NCBI RefSeq assembly: GCF_053078305.1 | Contig: NZ_CP166875.1 | Length of the DNA stretch: 64,000 nt | Reading direction: 5' to 3' (one strand) | Source: a plasmid | Part shown: positions 1-10,065 of the stretch, piece after piece | How positions within the stretch are numbered: the first letter of the stretch is position 1 | Layout of the letters: each line of letters begins with the position of its first letter | Made by a program: the position numbers and the translations under genes | The notes under the pieces: model-generated | The model's input: the letters and a program-made list of their open reading frames with translations, nothing else | Database searches by the model: none | Told to the model about the DNA's origin: nothing

Positions 1-546
1 ATGCAGGCACATGATGTCTGCGTAACAACGATGACAACGTTACTGGCTCCCTGGAATATCCGTCCTGCCGTTTTCCGTGACCCGGACAAACTCGCAGATT
101 ATCTGACAGGAGAGATTCTGACGGCTCTGGCTGACTGGTTTTATCTCAACCCGGAATGGCTGAACGGCAGGGTACGTTATCCTTTAAGCCGTGCCGGTGA
201 GTGGCCAGCAACACAGGATGCGTTCTGCCAGCTTATTTCAGCCAGCGATAATGTGGATATTATTCTCTGGCACAGTTTTCCTTTTGCCGGTGTTCATTCA
301 CAGGAATATTGCGGTGTACTGTTCCGCAAGAAAAAAGAAATTAATAAAGCCATCATTTATCCTGTACTTTCTTTATCACCTGTAAGAATGAATAAGGAAA
401 AAGAAAACTGGTTTCACACTGCCCGCAATTTATATGCAAAGACATCCGTCCGGACCGTAACGCTTCGTCCGGCACAGGCAGAATATCTGATGACAGGAAA
501 AATATTACCTGCTGAGTTATTCAGTATACCGTTATTACCCTGGTAA
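1..546 (+). CDS. hypothetical protein, possibly 5'-partial at window edge, upstream of the tra lipoprotein genes
   Basis: Open frame from position 1 to stop at 546; same strand and tight spacing with downstream tra genes; no recognisable motif. Confidence 0.3.
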   Translation: MQAHDVCVTTMTTLLAPWNIRPAVFRDPDKLADYLTGEILTALADWFYLNPEWLNGRVRYPLSRAGEWPATQDAFCQLISASDNVDIILWHSFPFAGVHSQEYCGVLFRKKKEINKAIIYPVLSLSPVRMNKEKENWFHTARNLYAKTSVRTVTLRPAQAEYLMTGKILPAELFSIPLLPW

Positions 547-635
547 TAACGCAGAGAAAAAACCAATAAATTTTTAATGGCACAGTCGTGTCATACCGTT
601 GCTGTACCCAAAACACCTCAAACCAGGAAACTGAA

Positions 636-1838
636 ATGATGATGAATATGCACATTACCCGAACTCTCATCGCATCTGCTGTTTTATTTTCCTTTAATTC
701 AACAGCCGCAACTTCATATTTTGAAGCCCGCAATGATGCAATGGGGGGAACCGGGGTAGCCTCCTCTCACTACGGTGTGGCACCTCTGGCAAACCCGGCC
801 CTGCTGACAAAAGCCGGTCCGGAAGATGACTTCAGTCTTCTGCTTCCGTCCGTTGGTGGGCAATTGTCCGATCCGGGTAATATCAGTGACAACGCAGACA
901 AAATCAGTGATGACTGGAAAGCCTTTGATCGTGCCATCGACAGTCAGAGCAACGTGTCGCAGACTGCTGCACGTCTGAAGACGCGACTTCAGGACTTCCG
1001 TCACACACATGCTGACGCACAGGTGGGAACATCTGCTGTGGCGACTCTTCCCGGTGACACCCTCGCTGCCGCTCTGATGCTGAAAAGCTACGGTACGATC
1101 AGTGTCGACGGTAAAGTCAGTGATGCCGACCTGAACTATCTGGAAAGCATTGCAAACAGTAACGGTCAGGATGTGGATAAAGACAGACTGACCTCTCAGG
1201 CTTTTGCCCGTGCCGCACTGGTCACCGATGTGGGTATTGCTCTGGCTACTGAACTGGAAACGGCCGGACAAAAGTGGTCTCTGGGCTTCACACCAAAATT
1301 CCAGCGTGTTGACCTGTTTAACTACAACGTGCTGGTTAAAAATTACGACAGCAGCGCTTTCAAAGGCGACCGTTACCACAACACCAGAAACGGCATTAAC
1401 GCTGATATCGGGGCCAGCATGGACCTGGATGACAACTGGACACTGGGTCTGGTCGCACAGAACCTGCTCCCCCGCAGTATTGAGACAAAGGAAGTGAACG
1501 GTGTCACAGAAACTTTCAGGATCCGCCCGCAGGTGACTGCCGGTGTCTCCTGGCACAACGACATGTTCACTACAGCACTGGATGTTGACCTGACCCCGGC
1601 CAGTGGCTTCACATCAGACAGTAAACGTCAGTTTGCTGCCATTGGTGCTGAATTTAATGCCTGGAAATGGGCACAGTTACGTGCAGGCTACCGCCAGAAT
1701 CTGGCCAGCAATGATGGCAGTGCGTTCACCGCCGGGCTGGGTATCTCACCATTTGATGTCGTCCATATTGATGTGGCGGGTATAGCAGGCACAGACAACA
1801 ACTACGGTGCCGTTGCACAACTGCAGTTCACATTCTGA
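636..1838 (+). CDS. secreted/outer-membrane protein of the transfer operon (TraF-like by position)
   Basis: ATG at 636 after AGGAAA; N-terminal signal-peptide-like segment (MMMNMHITRTLIASAVLFSFNSTAA); C-terminus ends ...AQLQFTF, typical of a beta-barrel terminal signature. Confidence 0.45.
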   Translation: MMMNMHITRTLIASAVLFSFNSTAATSYFEARNDAMGGTGVASSHYGVAPLANPALLTKAGPEDDFSLLLPSVGGQLSDPGNISDNADKISDDWKAFDRAIDSQSNVSQTAARLKTRLQDFRHTHADAQVGTSAVATLPGDTLAAALMLKSYGTISVDGKVSDADLNYLESIANSNGQDVDKDRLTSQAFARAALVTDVGIALATELETAGQKWSLGFTPKFQRVDLFNYNVLVKNYDSSAFKGDRYHNTRNGINADIGASMDLDDNWTLGLVAQNLLPRSIETKEVNGVTETFRIRPQVTAGVSWHNDMFTTALDVDLTPASGFTSDSKRQFAAIGAEFNAWKWAQLRAGYRQNLASNDGSAFTAGLGISPFDVVHIDVAGIAGTDNNYGAVAQLQFTF

Positions 1839-2196
1839 TCATCTCTGCCCCGGTACTGACCGGGGTATCCAGACCTGCATCCTCGCGTTTTCCGACCATC
1901 AAACGACACAGCCAGACCTGTAGTGCTGCCTCTGATCTGGCTGTTATCTGACATATCATTTTCGCATGAGGAAATGCATGTTTAACAAAAATAAAACGCA
2001 TATCGAAAACAAAGCCTTTATGGTGGAACCGTTCCGGGATCCGACAGCTAACGAATGTAATGTCGTGATAGCAAACGATATTTGTATCCGGGTAGCACTG
2101 TCTCCCTCTGAGGTGCTCCAGCCATTCAGCAAAAACACGAACCAGTAAATCCTCCCCACAACGCTTTCTTCTTTCACTGCTCAGGAAAAATACACC

Positions 2197-2649
2197 ATGA
2201 ACCGTATGATACCTGCGGGATGTCTCGCCGTACTCTGCCTGAACGGCTGCCATCTCCCCCCGGATAATACAGCTCCGACCAGAAAGTATGGTGCTGCCTC
2301 TGATGTCGCCGTCGCCCGGCATGCGCAGTATCAGCTATGGGGGCAGGGAATTTACTCTGCAGCCCTTCCGGAGCGTCAGTCCGGCGGCAGTCTGAAGGCT
2401 CACAGCGACCGTGTTTCCTTTGACTGGGAAGGCGATGCCCTGGAATTGCTCAACGAACTGGCCCGTCTGCGCGGCCAGCAGTTCAGCTACAGCGGCGTCC
2501 GTCTCCCCTTACCCGTCTCACTGCACGTCCGCGACATGACCTTTGCTGATGTCCTTCGTATCACTGAAGCCCAGACTGCCTGGCGGGCAACACTCTCGCA
2601 GTCAGCCGGGCGTTTACATCTGTCTTTTATGACGCCGGAGAAAAAATGA
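2197..2649 (+). CDS. T4SS lipoprotein (TraH/DotD-like)
   Basis: Lipobox LNGC after signal peptide; stop overlaps next start (ATGA); size and order match IncI traH. Confidence 0.5.
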   Translation: MNRMIPAGCLAVLCLNGCHLPPDNTAPTRKYGAASDVAVARHAQYQLWGQGIYSAALPERQSGGSLKAHSDRVSFDWEGDALELLNELARLRGQQFSYSGVRLPLPVSLHVRDMTFADVLRITEAQTAWRATLSQSAGRLHLSFMTPEKK

Positions 2650-3482
2650 AAACACACCTGTGTCTCCTGCTGTCTGCTCTCCTGCTTACAGGCTGTGCCG
2701 GACAGCATCACCGTTCTTCTGCCGTCATGACAGAAAACGCACCGCCCCCGGATATCCGTGCATGGCTGACGCCCTCCGGAAACCAGGATGATGGTATTTC
2801 AGATACCCGTCGTCAGATGCTCACGGATGCCGGCAGAACGCTGGGATTCCGTGGTGGAAAAGCACAGCGCTCATGGGAACTGATTCAGGCACTGAATGCC
2901 CGGGAAAGTACCCTGAATGCCCTGTATGATTTCCGGCCTCTCATCAGCAAGGAAGGCTGGCTGCCTCCTGTTATCGATGAAGCGCAGGATGTTGCACACA
3001 TCAGACCGGACCAGATAAGAACAGCCTCCCGTGTCTGGACCATCCTCCGCCCGGAACGCTTTGTCAGTAATCCACCTGGATGGCGTGACTGGCTGCTGAA
3101 AGGACTCTCAACCACCGCCACACCAGGCACTGAAGGCCGGGTTGTGCCGGAAGACCGGGCACAACGCAGACTATGGGAAAACGCCTTACGTCAGGGATGG
3201 CAGGAAGGGCGCCTCAACGCAGATCTCACACTGGAAGCTAATCAGAAGCGCCTGACCCGTGATTACCGGGGCATGATGCTTTACGCCCTTCTGTGGCGTC
3301 AGGGCATGATCACACGTCCAGATGTCACAGAGCAGATGCAGACGGTTACCGGCAACGGGCAAAAACTCATCACTGGCGATCGCGTCCGCCGCCTGAAAAC
3401 ACATGCTGAATTTACGCTGCAGAAATCGCGCTGGCGCCCTCTTGTCAGCACCGAAGGAGAGAAAAATGATATCACCAGATGA
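2646..3482 (+). CDS. T4SS lipoprotein (TraI/DotC-like)
   Basis: Signal peptide with lipobox LTGC; ATGA coupling to the preceding gene; position immediately before the DotB-like ATPase. Confidence 0.5.
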   Translation: MKTHLCLLLSALLLTGCAGQHHRSSAVMTENAPPPDIRAWLTPSGNQDDGISDTRRQMLTDAGRTLGFRGGKAQRSWELIQALNARESTLNALYDFRPLISKEGWLPPVIDEAQDVAHIRPDQIRTASRVWTILRPERFVSNPPGWRDWLLKGLSTTATPGTEGRVVPEDRAQRRLWENALRQGWQEGRLNADLTLEANQKRLTRDYRGMMLYALLWRQGMITRPDVTEQMQTVTGNGQKLITGDRVRRLKTHAEFTLQKSRWRPLVSTEGEKNDITR

Positions 3483-4614
3483 CTTCGGTACCTTCCCCTT
3501 CTCCCGTTTTACGGCAGAAGAGTTTCGCCATTTTTTTGCCTGGTGTGCCCGCCACCGCGTCAGTGATATTGATCTGACCGGCGGTTCACCGGTATCCGTC
3601 AGTCGCTTTGGACGGCGGGTTCGCTCATCCGTAAATCCCCTTCCGTCTTCCATCATGATGGCACTGAGTGATGAGCTGTTTGGGCGGGAGGTTCTTCCCC
3701 GGGTTCTGTCAGGTCATCCCGTGGATCGTACCATTCAGGTCAGCGGAGATGCCTCCGGCCGCTATGGCCTGCAGCGAGGTCAGCGTGTTCGCCTGCGCTG
3801 CCACCTGATACAGGGAACATCGGCAACAGAAGAAAAAGCCATTTCCGTCACCATGCGGGTGATCCCGTCAGATATTCCGGACATCCTCACTATGAATATT
3901 GAACCGGATCTGCTGGATGCCATGCTCAGAAAAACCGGCCTGGGCTTCATCTGCGGAGAAACCGGCTCCGGGAAATCCACACTGGCGGCGGCACTGTATC
4001 GCCACATTCTGAAAAATTTCCCCGATCGCAAAATAGTGACCTATGAAGATCCGGTGGAATACATTCTGGGCGGAGAGAATGACCTTCTGCCTCCCCATCA
4101 GGCCGAAATCGGGCGCGATGTGGAAAGTTTTGCTGCAGGACTTCGCTCTGCCGTTCGCCGTAATCCGGACATCATTGGTATCGGTGAAATCAGGGATTAT
4201 GAAACAGCAGATGCCGCAGTCCAGGCGGGTAATACCGGACACTTTTGTATCGGCACCATGCACACAAAATCACCCGGAGAAACCTTTGCCCGCCTGCTGG
4301 GATTGTTTCCTCCTGAAATCAGGGATTCGATGGCTGCAGCCACGCTTTCCCTCGTACAGTTCATTCTGGTGCAGGTACTGGTCAGAACAAATGACGGCGG
4401 CAGGCAGGCTGTCCGGGAATACATCGTCATAACTGACGAACTGCGCAATACGCTCTCCGGACAATCCCATGCAACATGGGGACATTACATTGACGAAATC
4501 ATTCGTCAGGAAAAACGGCGGATAAGGGATCAGGTTCTGACCATGTATCAGAACGACCGCATTGAGAAATCAGAAGCAGCGCTCTTCATCCCGGCCGGAG
4601 AGTTCCCCCGATGA
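3466..4614 (+). CDS. traJ: type IVB secretion ATPase, DotB/PilT/VirB11 family (TraJ-like)
   Basis: Walker A GETGSGKST; strong SD AAGGAGAG before ATG 3466; 382 aa; ATGA overlap with next gene. Confidence 0.8.
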   Translation: MISPDDFGTFPFSRFTAEEFRHFFAWCARHRVSDIDLTGGSPVSVSRFGRRVRSSVNPLPSSIMMALSDELFGREVLPRVLSGHPVDRTIQVSGDASGRYGLQRGQRVRLRCHLIQGTSATEEKAISVTMRVIPSDIPDILTMNIEPDLLDAMLRKTGLGFICGETGSGKSTLAAALYRHILKNFPDRKIVTYEDPVEYILGGENDLLPPHQAEIGRDVESFAAGLRSAVRRNPDIIGIGEIRDYETADAAVQAGNTGHFCIGTMHTKSPGETFARLLGLFPPEIRDSMAAATLSLVQFILVQVLVRTNDGGRQAVREYIVITDELRNTLSGQSHATWGHYIDEIIRQEKRRIRDQVLTMYQNDRIEKSEAALFIPAGEFPR

Positions 4615-4901
4615 AACGCGAAGGCTTCTGGCGGGATGTAACACCACCGCTCAACATTTATGGTGTCCCCCTGCCGTTTACCATGATTTACCTGCTGTTG
4701 TTTCCGTATCCGTCAAAAACGACATTCTGGGTGTGCAGCGGCATTCTGCTGTTTTTTATGCTCCTGGGATATTCCGGCTGGACAGTCCGCACCCTCTGTA
4801 TACGTCTGTACAGCCTGCTTCAGGGTAAGCAGGCATCGGGACGTCCCTGGTGGTACCGACACCGCACAGAATTACCCCGTGAATGGCACGGACCAGAATA
4901 G
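4611..4901 (+). CDS. small hydrophobic T4SS inner-membrane protein (TraK/IcmT-like)
   Basis: 96 aa, two hydrophobic segments; translationally coupled to traJ. Confidence 0.5.
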   Translation: MKREGFWRDVTPPLNIYGVPLPFTMIYLLLFPYPSKTTFWVCSGILLFFMLLGYSGWTVRTLCIRLYSLLQGKQASGRPWWYRHRTELPREWHGPE

Positions 4902-4964
4902 CCCTCTTTTGTCCATCATCCCGGCGTATCACAACGCCCTCATATTTAATCCCCGGAGAACGAC

Positions 4965-7900
4965 ATGAAGTCCAGATATCGTACCTGGCTTGCTGTCCCG
5001 CCTGAGGAGACAGAAGCCGTAAAAAATGCAGTCCCCCCGTTAAATGGCCGCAAAGCTGTCGCATGGGATCCAGAAAAAAAACTCTGGTATGCCCGGGCGG
5101 GTACCGAACTTTCACTGCTGGAGCGCTGGTTACCCCGGCCGCAGGAACTGTCGATGGATGCCGGCGATCCGGTCACCGAATTTGCTCAGGTCCTGGAAAA
5201 CGCCGGACTGGTTATTCAGGGATTGCCACAGATGGATGGCGCCATACACAGAGTCGCCACCCGGGATGACAAAAAAGGGGCCAAAAGTGGCGCATACAAG
5301 GCCTATCTTGATGGGCGCCCCGCCGGCTGGTACCGCGACTACCGGAGCGCCGATGACAGTCCCACAAACTGGGTATTTTCCGGCGGAGAACAACACGATC
5401 CTCTGGCCAGACTGCATCTGCGGGCATTCGCTCAGCAACAGCGCGATGATAACGCACGTAAACTGCAGCAACAGTACAACAAACAGGCCCGGTATGCCCG
5501 CTCCTATATTAACCAGTTACCACAGGCAACAGAGCATGAATACCTGACCCGAAAAGGGATCCTTGCCGCACCGGGCGTCCGTCTGAATAACAAGAATGAA
5601 CTCGTCATCCCTTTCAGTAACAGCCGGGGAGAAATACGTTCATACCAGCGTATTCCTGTCACCGGCGGGAAGGATGCCCGCATTCTGAAAGACTCAGAGA
5701 AAACCGGTAACTGGTTCACCTTCGGAACCCCGGAAAATGGCCGTCCCCTGTTATTTGCGGAAGGTTACGCAACTGCAGCCTCCCTGCACGAAGCCACCGG
5801 CCTTCCGGTTCTGATGACAGTTGATGCCGGCAATATGATTGACGTGGCAGAAAATGCCCGCCAAATCTGGACTGACAGCCCCTTTGTCTTCTGTGCCGAC
5901 AACGACCATCAACGGAAAATTAACAAAGGTGTTTCAAGTGCCCAAAAAGCTGCCGCAAGCACGCATGGCGAAGTCATTATTCCGGCCTTTACGGAGGCGG
6001 AAAAAGCACAGGGACTGACCGATTTCAATGACCTGGACGCCAGCAGGGGACGAGACGCCTTTCAGCGAGCCATGAACGCACAGTTAGAATATATCGGTAT
6101 CCCCACGCCCAACAATGACACTACTGACCGCCGTGAAGCTATCGTGATCGGCAACCTGATATTCACACCGGTAAAAGATGAGAAGCCACAAGTGTACCCT
6201 GAAAACAGACAGAGCACAGCCCCTGAACCGGCAGTGTCGGAACAGAATCATCCTTATGACATCCCTGCAGAAGAGACAGACAATCAGGCATATGAAGATG
6301 ACTATGCAGCATATGCATCCCTGCAGTCGGTAACTGCAGGGACAGCCTCCCCGAATGAACCGCAGGTGAATGCTGTTTCTGCCATTGACAGCAACGCAAA
6401 GAATACCTCTGCCGCCACCACTGACGACCGAAATGTATTAGCACAAGAACCCAATGCTGACGCCACAGTTACGACCACGGCTCACGACACCGGCACAGCA
6501 GAAACAGATTCACCTTCTGAACCTGCAGAGATTCAGCCAGTGCAGCAGGCCAGTCCTGAACCATCGGCTAAAGATAAACCACAGGAGAACGTAGTGTCTG
6601 CTACTGATAATGACGCAGAGAACACCTCTTCCGCCACCACTGCCCTCCGGAGTTACGACACACCGGAAACATCCGTCTCCGACGCAACCGGGACACAGCA
6701 CACCGCCACAACGCAACCTGAAGAACCACAGCAGGTCTCCATGGGCAGCGCTGACGACTGGAGCGCATTTGCGGAAGACCTCAATGCTGATGCTCCGGGG
6801 AATGCCACTGTTCACAGCACCGACAACGCGGAGACAAAGACACTTTCTGAACCTGCCGGGATGCAGCCTGTTCAACAGGCAACCCCTGAACCAACGGAAG
6901 AAAATAAACCTCAGGAAGAGGGCGTTATGTCTGCCACTGATACAGGTGAAGAGAGTGCCGCTGCCGCTATCGATGACGACCTGGACACAGTTGCGGAAGA
7001 CCTCAATGCTGATGTTACTGTGATGACCACAGCTCACCACACCGATACAGCAGAAACAGCCTCACCTTCTGAACCTGCAGAAATTCAGCCCGTACAGCAG
7101 GCAACCCCTGAACCAACGGCAGAAGATAAACCGAAGGAAGAGCGTCCAGTGTCTGCCACTGAGACCAGCACAGCGAATGAAACAGCCCGCCCTGAAACAG
7201 CATCGCTTTTCAGCCGCCTGCGCCGTTTTCTGACCGGTGGAAAATCACGTACCGCCGAACCTCCCGTTATTCAGGAGAACAAGCTTACGGAGGCCGAAAC
7301 TGCGACAGAGGCCGCAGCACCACCGTCACCACCTGAAACCAGCCCGGAAGACACATCGTCAGCAGAACCGGACACGATTATCTTTGCGCCCCGCCGGCCC
7401 AACAGTCCGCAGCGGCACAACCTGGACGAGATTATTAAAAATCTTACATACGATGAGTTACCCGACAATACTGCGCTCTGCCGCGTCGACGGCGAACCGG
7501 CATTCCTGGATAAACTCAACCGTCTGGAAATGGTGGATGGTGCCAGCACTGATGACAAAAAGGTCCTGGCTGCCCTTGCTGTGGCCACCAACTTCTATGG
7601 CGGCGTTATCGAGCTGACCGGCAGTGATGCCTTTAAACAAAAAGCCATGCAGCTGATTGTCGAATATGACATCAAGGTTCGCATGAAACTCCCGGTCCAG
7701 AGGGCTGCGCTGGAAAAACTCCGCCAGGAGAAAGGGATGGCGCATGATGCCATCGTCACCCACAGACCCACGCCGGAACTCAACCGCCTGTCACCGGAAG
7801 AGACAACAATGGCACAACCGGCCCCCCCTGTGTCACCGAAAGCAGAAACAGAGCAAACTGCAGGCAGTACGGCTGAAACACCGCATCCGGAAGCGCCGGT

Positions 7901-8981
7901 CACGGCAAAAGCTGAAGCCCCCCGGGCCGGCACACCGGAACAACCAGCCGCCCCGTCATCGTCAGCAGGAAACGTCGCTGTCAGTGCACAGCCACAGCAA
8001 CCCGACACACCGGAGGAAGAGCCCCCCGGCAAACTCAGACCCGGTGAAAGTGTGACTGCCGTCCTGACAAACTACGGAGAAAAAGAGTATGCGCCCGGAA
8101 AAGGGCGCTGCTTTTTTGTGGAGCTCACCAACCGCAGTGGCAAACGGGAATACTGGGGAAACGGCCTGGAAGAACTGGTCAAAAACCACCAGAAAGGCAA
8201 CCCCGTCACACTGACGCTGCAGGCGAGAGAAACATTCCGGCTGTCCGGTGAAACACGGGATCGTATCCGTAATATCTGGGCCATGACTCCTGTCAGTAAC
8301 GGCATTACCGTCGATAATGACCATCCTCATGCTGGTCAGCATATCCTGGATTTTCCGATGGCAACATTCAGCCAGGTGATGTTACAGATGCAACAACACT
8401 GGCCACAGATAATGCAGGAAGTTCGCTCCCCCAAAAATCCTCCCAATAATCTGTACATTGGTGAAGACAGGCAACCTGCATCAGCACCTCAGGATCAATC
8501 AATGCGACTCCCCCTCGCTGGTAATGCCCCCAATGAACTGATACCAGCCATCGCCTCTGCCGATAAGGACAATCGTCAGTTGAATCTTCTGCTGGTCCAC
8601 AGCGCAGATGATCATCTGCAGGGCGTGGTCCGCCTGAACGGCACCCTTTACCCGGCACTGGCCACCCCGTCAGCTGACAACCGTCAGCTGGTCATCAATG
8701 CCCTGACGGATAACGGTCTGCAGTTTGCCGGTTACGGTGAAGCTGTTAACCATGATGAGAATAATCATCAGCGTCCGTCCCCACAAATAATGCAGTTTCA
8801 CCTGAAGCAACAGGACTCCCCGTTGTTTGCCGCCATCCACAAACCGGAAGAGCAACCGGACAAGCTTTTCCGCTCTCTGGGTTTTGAGCAGACCTGGAAA
8901 GAGTGGTCTGACAGCCAAAAGGCGGAGGACAGGCAGGAAAAAACTCTGCAACAGGCACAATCCCACAGCCCCGGCCGATGA
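4965..8981 (+). CDS. Sog-like conjugative DNA primase, multidomain (1338 aa)
   Basis: Toprim-like motifs (FAEGYATAAS ... FVFCADNDHQ) in the N-terminal third; SD GGAGA before ATG; central acidic repetitive region; located between traK-like and traL-like genes as sog is in IncI1. Confidence 0.65.
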   Translation: MKSRYRTWLAVPPEETEAVKNAVPPLNGRKAVAWDPEKKLWYARAGTELSLLERWLPRPQELSMDAGDPVTEFAQVLENAGLVIQGLPQMDGAIHRVATRDDKKGAKSGAYKAYLDGRPAGWYRDYRSADDSPTNWVFSGGEQHDPLARLHLRAFAQQQRDDNARKLQQQYNKQARYARSYINQLPQATEHEYLTRKGILAAPGVRLNNKNELVIPFSNSRGEIRSYQRIPVTGGKDARILKDSEKTGNWFTFGTPENGRPLLFAEGYATAASLHEATGLPVLMTVDAGNMIDVAENARQIWTDSPFVFCADNDHQRKINKGVSSAQKAAASTHGEVIIPAFTEAEKAQGLTDFNDLDASRGRDAFQRAMNAQLEYIGIPTPNNDTTDRREAIVIGNLIFTPVKDEKPQVYPENRQSTAPEPAVSEQNHPYDIPAEETDNQAYEDDYAAYASLQSVTAGTASPNEPQVNAVSAIDSNAKNTSAATTDDRNVLAQEPNADATVTTTAHDTGTAETDSPSEPAEIQPVQQASPEPSAKDKPQENVVSATDNDAENTSSATTALRSYDTPETSVSDATGTQHTATTQPEEPQQVSMGSADDWSAFAEDLNADAPGNATVHSTDNAETKTLSEPAGMQPVQQATPEPTEENKPQEEGVMSATDTGEESAAAAIDDDLDTVAEDLNADVTVMTTAHHTDTAETASPSEPAEIQPVQQATPEPTAEDKPKEERPVSATETSTANETARPETASLFSRLRRFLTGGKSRTAEPPVIQENKLTEAETATEAAAPPSPPETSPEDTSSAEPDTIIFAPRRPNSPQRHNLDEIIKNLTYDELPDNTALCRVDGEPAFLDKLNRLEMVDGASTDDKKVLAALAVATNFYGGVIELTGSDAFKQKAMQLIVEYDIKVRMKLPVQRAALEKLRQEKGMAHDAIVTHRPTPELNRLSPEETTMAQPAPPVSPKAETEQTAGSTAETPHPEAPVTAKAEAPRAGTPEQPAAPSSSAGNVAVSAQPQQPDTPEEEPPGKLRPGESVTAVLTNYGEKEYAPGKGRCFFVELTNRSGKREYWGNGLEELVKNHQKGNPVTLTLQARETFRLSGETRDRIRNIWAMTPVSNGITVDNDHPHAGQHILDFPMATFSQVMLQMQQHWPQIMQEVRSPKNPPNNLYIGEDRQPASAPQDQSMRLPLAGNAPNELIPAIASADKDNRQLNLLLVHSADDHLQGVVRLNGTLYPALATPSADNRQLVINALTDNGLQFAGYGEAVNHDENNHQRPSPQIMQFHLKQQDSPLFAAIHKPEEQPDKLFRSLGFEQTWKEWSDSQKAEDRQEKTLQQAQSHSPGR
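6440..7170 (+). repeat. three imperfect tandem coding repeats inside the primase gene
   Basis: Repeated blocks LNAD...AET..PSEPAEIQPVQQA(T/S)PEPT..(D/N)KPQEE..VSATD beginning near 6445, 6781 and 7002; nucleotide copies about 85-95% identical. Confidence 0.7.
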
Positions 8982-8997
8982 GCCGGTAAGGACGACC

Positions 8998-9348
8998 ATG
9001 AACATGAAAAAAACGCTGCTGGTCATACTGACCGGCATCACCCTGGCATCACCGGTGGCAGGTGCCGCCACCTGCCGGGCGGGGGCCGCTGCCGAAGCCG
9101 GCAGCAAAGCAGCCTGGGAGCGGGCGCGCACAGCCAGCCAGGCATGGTCACAGCGAGAAAACGACGTCGCCTCCTCCCTGCAGTCCTGCCTGTCCCGCAT
9201 TAAGGACGTCAGCATCACTCTTCCGCAATTCCCCAGTCTGGACAAAATCCTTCGCGATCTGGAAAACCAGGTCTGTGATGCCGTCGTGGATCGGGTGAAT
9301 GAACATCTGCCGGGGAATATCGACCCCTGGAAAGACTATAACCTCTGA
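8998..9348 (+). CDS. small secreted protein (TraL-like)
   Basis: ATG 8998 after AAGGA; signal peptide MNMKKTLLVILTGITLASPVAGAA; 116 aa. Confidence 0.4.
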   Translation: MNMKKTLLVILTGITLASPVAGAATCRAGAAAEAGSKAAWERARTASQAWSQRENDVASSLQSCLSRIKDVSITLPQFPSLDKILRDLENQVCDAVVDRVNEHLPGNIDPWKDYNL

Positions 9349-9359
9349 ACAGGAGCCCC

Positions 9360-10055
9360 ATGAGCGAAGCACACCCCACATCCCCTGTCTCTCCGGAAAC
9401 AGATAACAGCGGAGATATTTATAAACAAACGCTCAGTACCATTGCACAGTCAGAACAACGGGCCGCACTGGTTCCCGGACTTGTCAGGGCCTTGCTGTGT
9501 AGCAGCGCAGCTCTCGTCATCAGTCTGACCGGCAATATCATACAGTACTGGCATAACAGCAACGTAACGCGTGAATACTTTGCCACCGACAATGGCCGGC
9601 TGGTCCGCCTGGCCCCCACCAGTCAGCCAGCCTGGAGTCAGAGCGACGTCATGACGTTTGGCAGCATGACGCTGAGCGAAGCTTTTAATCTGGATTTTGT
9701 CCACTACAGGAAACAAATCACGACACTGGCCCCCCGCTTTTCCGAAGCCGGTTTTGCCGGCTATGTGAATGCTCTTCAGGCCTCCAACATTCTGGACACC
9801 ATTAAAAAGGAGAAATTTAACCTCACGGCCACCATCGGGGCCGGCACGCTGGTGAATCAGGGCCAGATGGAAAACGGCATCTGGTTCTGGAAATTCCAGT
9901 ATCCGGTCAGGATGCGTCTGGTCGGTCAGAGCAGCACCCGCCCCGAGCAGGCCTTCACCTTTGAAATCACTGTCCGGCGCGTTGACCCACGAATCAAACC
10001 CGGCGGCATGGAAATCAGCCAGATGGTTTCCCGTAACGCCGCATCAGGAACCTGA
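9360..10055 (+). CDS. T4SS inner-membrane protein, IcmL/DotI family (TraM-like)
   Basis: SD AGGAG before ATG; single N-terminal TM segment then periplasmic domain; size and order match. Confidence 0.5.
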   Translation: MSEAHPTSPVSPETDNSGDIYKQTLSTIAQSEQRAALVPGLVRALLCSSAALVISLTGNIIQYWHNSNVTREYFATDNGRLVRLAPTSQPAWSQSDVMTFGSMTLSEAFNLDFVHYRKQITTLAPRFSEAGFAGYVNALQASNILDTIKKEKFNLTATIGAGTLVNQGQMENGIWFWKFQYPVRMRLVGQSSTRPEQAFTFEITVRRVDPRIKPGGMEISQMVSRNAASGT

Positions 10056-10065
10056 GACTCATATC

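Noticed and set aside
714-1556. Long minus-strand ORFs lying antisense inside tra genes (also 6510-7040, 7595-8032, 17023-17961, 18202-18699)
   Set aside because: They are fully embedded in longer, motif-supported + strand genes in GC-rich DNA, where spurious antisense open frames are common; no ribosome-binding sites or motifs
1966-2148. 60-aa ORF in the gap between the TraF-like and TraH-like genes (possible traG-position gene)
   Set aside because: No ribosome-binding site and no recognisable features; retained only as a possibility
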